From NCBI GenBank assembly GCA_013265495.1, contig MU058198.1:7207779-7271778 (forward strand): a DNA stretch of 64,000 bases, written 5' to 3'. The notes under the pieces are model-generated. The model saw nothing but the letters and a program-made list of their open reading frames with translations, had not been told where the DNA came from and did not search any database. Below are positions 60,361-64,000 of the stretch, piece after piece. The stretch is from Vicugna vicugna (lineage: Eukaryota). The first letter of the stretch is position 1; each line of letters begins with the position of its first letter. The position numbers and the translations under genes are program-made.

Positions 60361-61877
60361 GCAAAAATGGGATCATCCCATTTATTTCTAGCAAGAAATA
60401 GAATAAAGGCTGAAAAATACCCGGTATGTAATAGATGCTCAACACTCCTCCTCGGTTCATTCACAAATATTTATAGAATACCTCCTTTGTGTTAGTCACT
60501 GCACTAGATATTGGAGATACAGCAGTGAACACAACAGACAAAAATCCCTGTCCTCATGGAGCTGACATGCTAATGGAGAGAAATAACAGTAGATAAGATC
60601 AATCATTTGCTAGTTAGGGATAGATATTAAGGAGAAAAAATAAGGTTTGGAGAGAAGGGTATAAAAAGTCTGGTATGTGAGTGTGTATTGTGTGATTGTG
60701 GCCAGGGAAGCCCTTATTGAGAAAGGGACTTTGAAGTAAAAGCCTGATGGAACAACGATGCAGATATCTGGGAAAGAGTGTTTCAGGCAGAGAGAATGGC
60801 AAGTGCAAAGGCCCTGGGGCAGGAAGGAGTATACCTGGGGTGGTCTAGGAACAACAAGGAGGCCAGGGTGACTGCTGCACAGTGAGTGGGAAGAGTTAGA
60901 GGAAATGAAGTCAGACGGAAGTGGCACAGGGCATGGGGGAGGTGGTACAGGACACGGCCTCAGAGGTCATTGTAGGAGTGACATAATCTAACTCTGTGAG
61001 TTTTTTAATCTGCAGCCACACCCCAGAGGCCCAAAACCTTTCCCATTGGCCTGAGCCCCCAGCGCTCTGGCCTGACAGCCAGCTCAGGGTCCCCATTGTT
61101 GGTTCCTGACAGGGCTCTCACCTAGGCCAGCTACAGCTCTAGTTCTCAGCTCCCACCTGCCCTGGGCTTTCTCCATGGGGCTTCCAGCAACAGGCTCTGC
61201 CTCAGAAGATTTGAGAAATGACACCCATGACCACAGCTCTCGCACTCTTAACCAGCTTCCACCATCCCAAATGGCAGGAAGTTTCATCTTTGTATCTGAG
61301 GGAAATGTGAGAAGCCCTAGTGGGTCAGCTCTTGCCATAAGAACAAGAGAGAAACAAGGAGAATAGCAAAGTCCTGGAGACAGAGCAAGCCTGATGGGTT
61401 GGAGGAACCGTCAGAGGCCAGCATGACTGGTGACAAATGGTCAAGAGAAGAGCAGAAGGAGTTGATGTCAGAGTGGCAATGAAGAGCCCACTGTGCCTGT
61501 AAGGCCTTTGGCTTTGGCACTGGGTGAGATAGGAGCCTTTGGAGGGTTTAGACTGGAGGACTGACATGATCACCCTAGCTAAGGTGAGGGCAGATGGACT
61601 TGGGAGGTGGAACCAGAGGGACGGTGAGGAGGCTCCTGCAAAAACCCAGAGGAGAAACGACGGTGGTTTGCACTAGTGGCTACATCAAAGATTGTGAGAG
61701 GCAGGCAGATTCAGGATATCTTTTGAAAGTAGAGCCAAGAGATTTCCTGATGATTTGGGTGCAAGATCTGATGGGTAACATGGAAGAACTTTGGACTTTT
61801 TCTCCTAAGAGAAAGAGGAAGCCACAGGATTGGTTTTAAGCAGGGGGATGACATGGTTGAATTTGTCTGTGTGTGTA

Positions 61878-61985
61878 TTTTTTTATAGACCACTTCACGA
61901 ATTTGCAAATCATCCTTGTGCAGGGGCGATGCTAATCTTCTCTGTATTGTTCCAGCTTTAGTATATGTGTTGCCAAAATGAGCAT
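61878..61985 (-). pseudogene. U6 snRNA retropseudogene (full length, diverged)
   Basis: On -: ATGCTCATTTTGGCAACACATATACTAAAGCTGGAACAATACAGAGAAGATTAGCATCGCCCCTGCACAAGGATGATTTGCAAATTCGTGAAG plus an A tail. The ACAGAGA box is intact, but there are many substitutions. Confidence 0.92.
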
Positions 61986-62884
61986 GAAGTTTTGTTTTTG
62001 AAAGATCGCTCTGGCTGCTAGGTCGAAAACAGACTGGAGGGGAAGAATGCAGCAGAGGGCAGTGAAGGATGGTTGCTGGCTTGGACTGAAGGAAGCAGGT
62101 GGAGGGGGTAGACAGAAGACGGAGTACACCTCTCCCTGCCTCTGGACCTTTGCATAGGTTGCTCTCAATCATCAAAAAGCCCTTTATGACCAACAAACAC
62201 CGTTATCTTCAAAACTCCAAGAAATCCCTCTTCTGTGATGCCTCAGCCCTGTGATTTCCTCTGTTTTACCACACATCATGCTAGGTTTTCTCTGAAATAT
62301 GTGAGCTCTTCACAGCTGGGATCACACCTCACTAGGCTCTAAGAGCCCAAGGCCCAGTCTGAGGTCTGGTGCAGAGAAGGCTTTAGAGAGCATTTGTTTA
62401 ATAAATAAATGAAAAGAATGTGAAAGAGGAAATAGATCAACACCCTGATATTCAGAGCTCACCAAGGCACTGCAAAACCTTTATTATTGTTTTCAGATTA
62501 TGACAGTAATATGTGCTCTTTATTAAAAGCAAAACATTACATCATAGCATGAAAGATCCCCCAAGCCTCATCCTCTATACTCCAGAACTAATGCAAGACA
62601 TCTCTAGAATCTAGATATAACTATGCAGAGTTCAGTAAGTATCCTCCCCCCAATATATTTTATGTATACACCAAAAAAATGAAGTATTTGAGAGGCAGAG
62701 ATGTGGGAGAGAGAGAAGCTGAGAAAGGGACTTCCTGCCTCGCAGACAGATTAAGATGTAACACAGACTGTTTCATAACTTGCTTTTTTCCTACTTGCAT
62801 TATGACAATCTTTCTATGCTAATAGATGTAAGTCTACGATATTTTGTTAAAGGTTGAATAGTATTCTATAAAATAGATTTGTTT

Positions 62885-62976
62885 AATTGTTTTTAAAATG
62901 GAGGTACTGTGGGTTGAACTCTGGACCTCGTGCATGCTAAGCATGCGCTCTACCATTGAGCTATACCCCCACCCCC
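62885..62976 (-). mobile_element. tRNA-Ala-derived SINE (Vic-1-like)
   Basis: On -: GGGGGTATAGCTCAATGGTAGAGCGCATGCTTAGCATGCACGAGGTCCAGAGTTCAACCC. Confidence 0.85.
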
Positions 62977-64000
62977 AAATTCTTATTATGCTGGGTATTT
63001 AACCTATTTTCTTCTTCTTTTTTTAATTTAAAGATTTCCTTGAATATCCTTGCTGCATTTATTTTGAGGCACCAGATTTTAGGAGTGTAGTTGAAACAGG
63101 TGTTCTTCTTGGGGTAGTCAGAGGGCTGGAGGCTTTGTTTTATGGGGAATATTAGCAGTGACTGAGGATGATCAGCCTGGAAGAGAGAAGAGTAAGGACT
63201 GACATGAATCCTGTCCAAATTTCTGAAGGGGCTTCCAGGCGGGAAAATAAACAGACTCATCCTACATTTCCACAGGGCAGAACCAAGTCTAGAGCATGGA
63301 AGTCACAGGAAGAAAACTGGCATGGAATACAGGAAATTACTTTCCTACAGGAAGAGGTGCTGGAGACGCAGCGGATCTCCTTGAGAAGTCTTGAGCATCC
63401 CACCTTTGAAGGTGTGTAAGCGGGCTGGCTGAAGGTTCAGTAGGAGGTAATATATAAGGGACTTGTGTGAGGCAAGGAGGGGTTGAATTAGGTGATATTC
63501 AGGAGTCCTTTCAAATCTGAAATGTTTTACTACACTTTCAGTGGAAGGTATCACAAAGAATAGCATGGAAAAGTTGGCACGAAGCCTTAGAGAAGATTTT
63601 GGGAAGATTTTGACAAGTGGCAACGAGGAAGGCACACTTCAGGCAAAGAGGATGAGCTGATGAGAGATTAAGGAAGAAAAGTAGGACATGAAGCTGAAGA
63701 AAGTTTGAAACAAGTTATAGTGTAAGATCGAAATTCACCCCAGCTAACAAAGAGCTTTGAGCACTTCTGCCTAACCCTAGCCCCACAACCTCAATTTAAG
63801 AGCTACTTCCCCATCTGGAGATTTAGGGCGTGACCCTGTTCCTTTGGCCTTAGCTGCTTACTGTAGGGCGGACATTGGACTCTAGCTGGGTCAGATTCTC
63901 CTTCCTAAGAGGGTGGAAATTCAGAGATCTTAACCTCTGGTGGTCTTTTCAATTAAGTATATATAAAAATGGAATGACGGTGCCAATAAAGGACAACCTT

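Noticed and set aside
1..64000. CRISPR array, prokaryotic operon or intact transposon ORFs
   Set aside because: The DNA is eukaryotic and intron-containing. No repeat-spacer array was seen, and all transposable elements are fragments.

Overview
Mammalian genomic DNA syntenic with human 16p11.2. It is probably from a camelid, given the abundant tRNA-Ala(AGC)-derived Vic-1-type SINEs. Seven protein-coding genes can be spliced by hand with canonical GT-AG introns and intact frames. In order: TBC1D10B (-, first 4 coding exons only), MYL11/MYLPF (+, 170 aa), SEPTIN1 (-, 367 aa), ZNF48 (+, 626 aa), ZNF771 (+, 317 aa), DCTPP1 (-, 169 aa) and SEPHS2 (-, 452 aa, intronless CDS). The standout system is selenocysteine recoding in SEPHS2, which the ORF track splits at an in-frame UGA. 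That gene has the Sec codon, a 12-bp hairpin just 3' of it, a 3'UTR SECIS, and a terminal UGA followed by a 34-codon open extension. Other features are a muscle CArG/E-box enhancer, a promoter-like element inside the SEPTIN1 3'UTR, an orphan promoter-like element at ~29 kb, a TALE/NF-Y composite motif shared by two promoters, CTCF sites, a U6 retropseudogene, and nested and tailless retroposons. This is largely a known conserved locus. I found no evidence of a wholly new gene system, and the novelty claims below are hypotheses. Gene and repeat identities come from my recall of these families, not from database searches.
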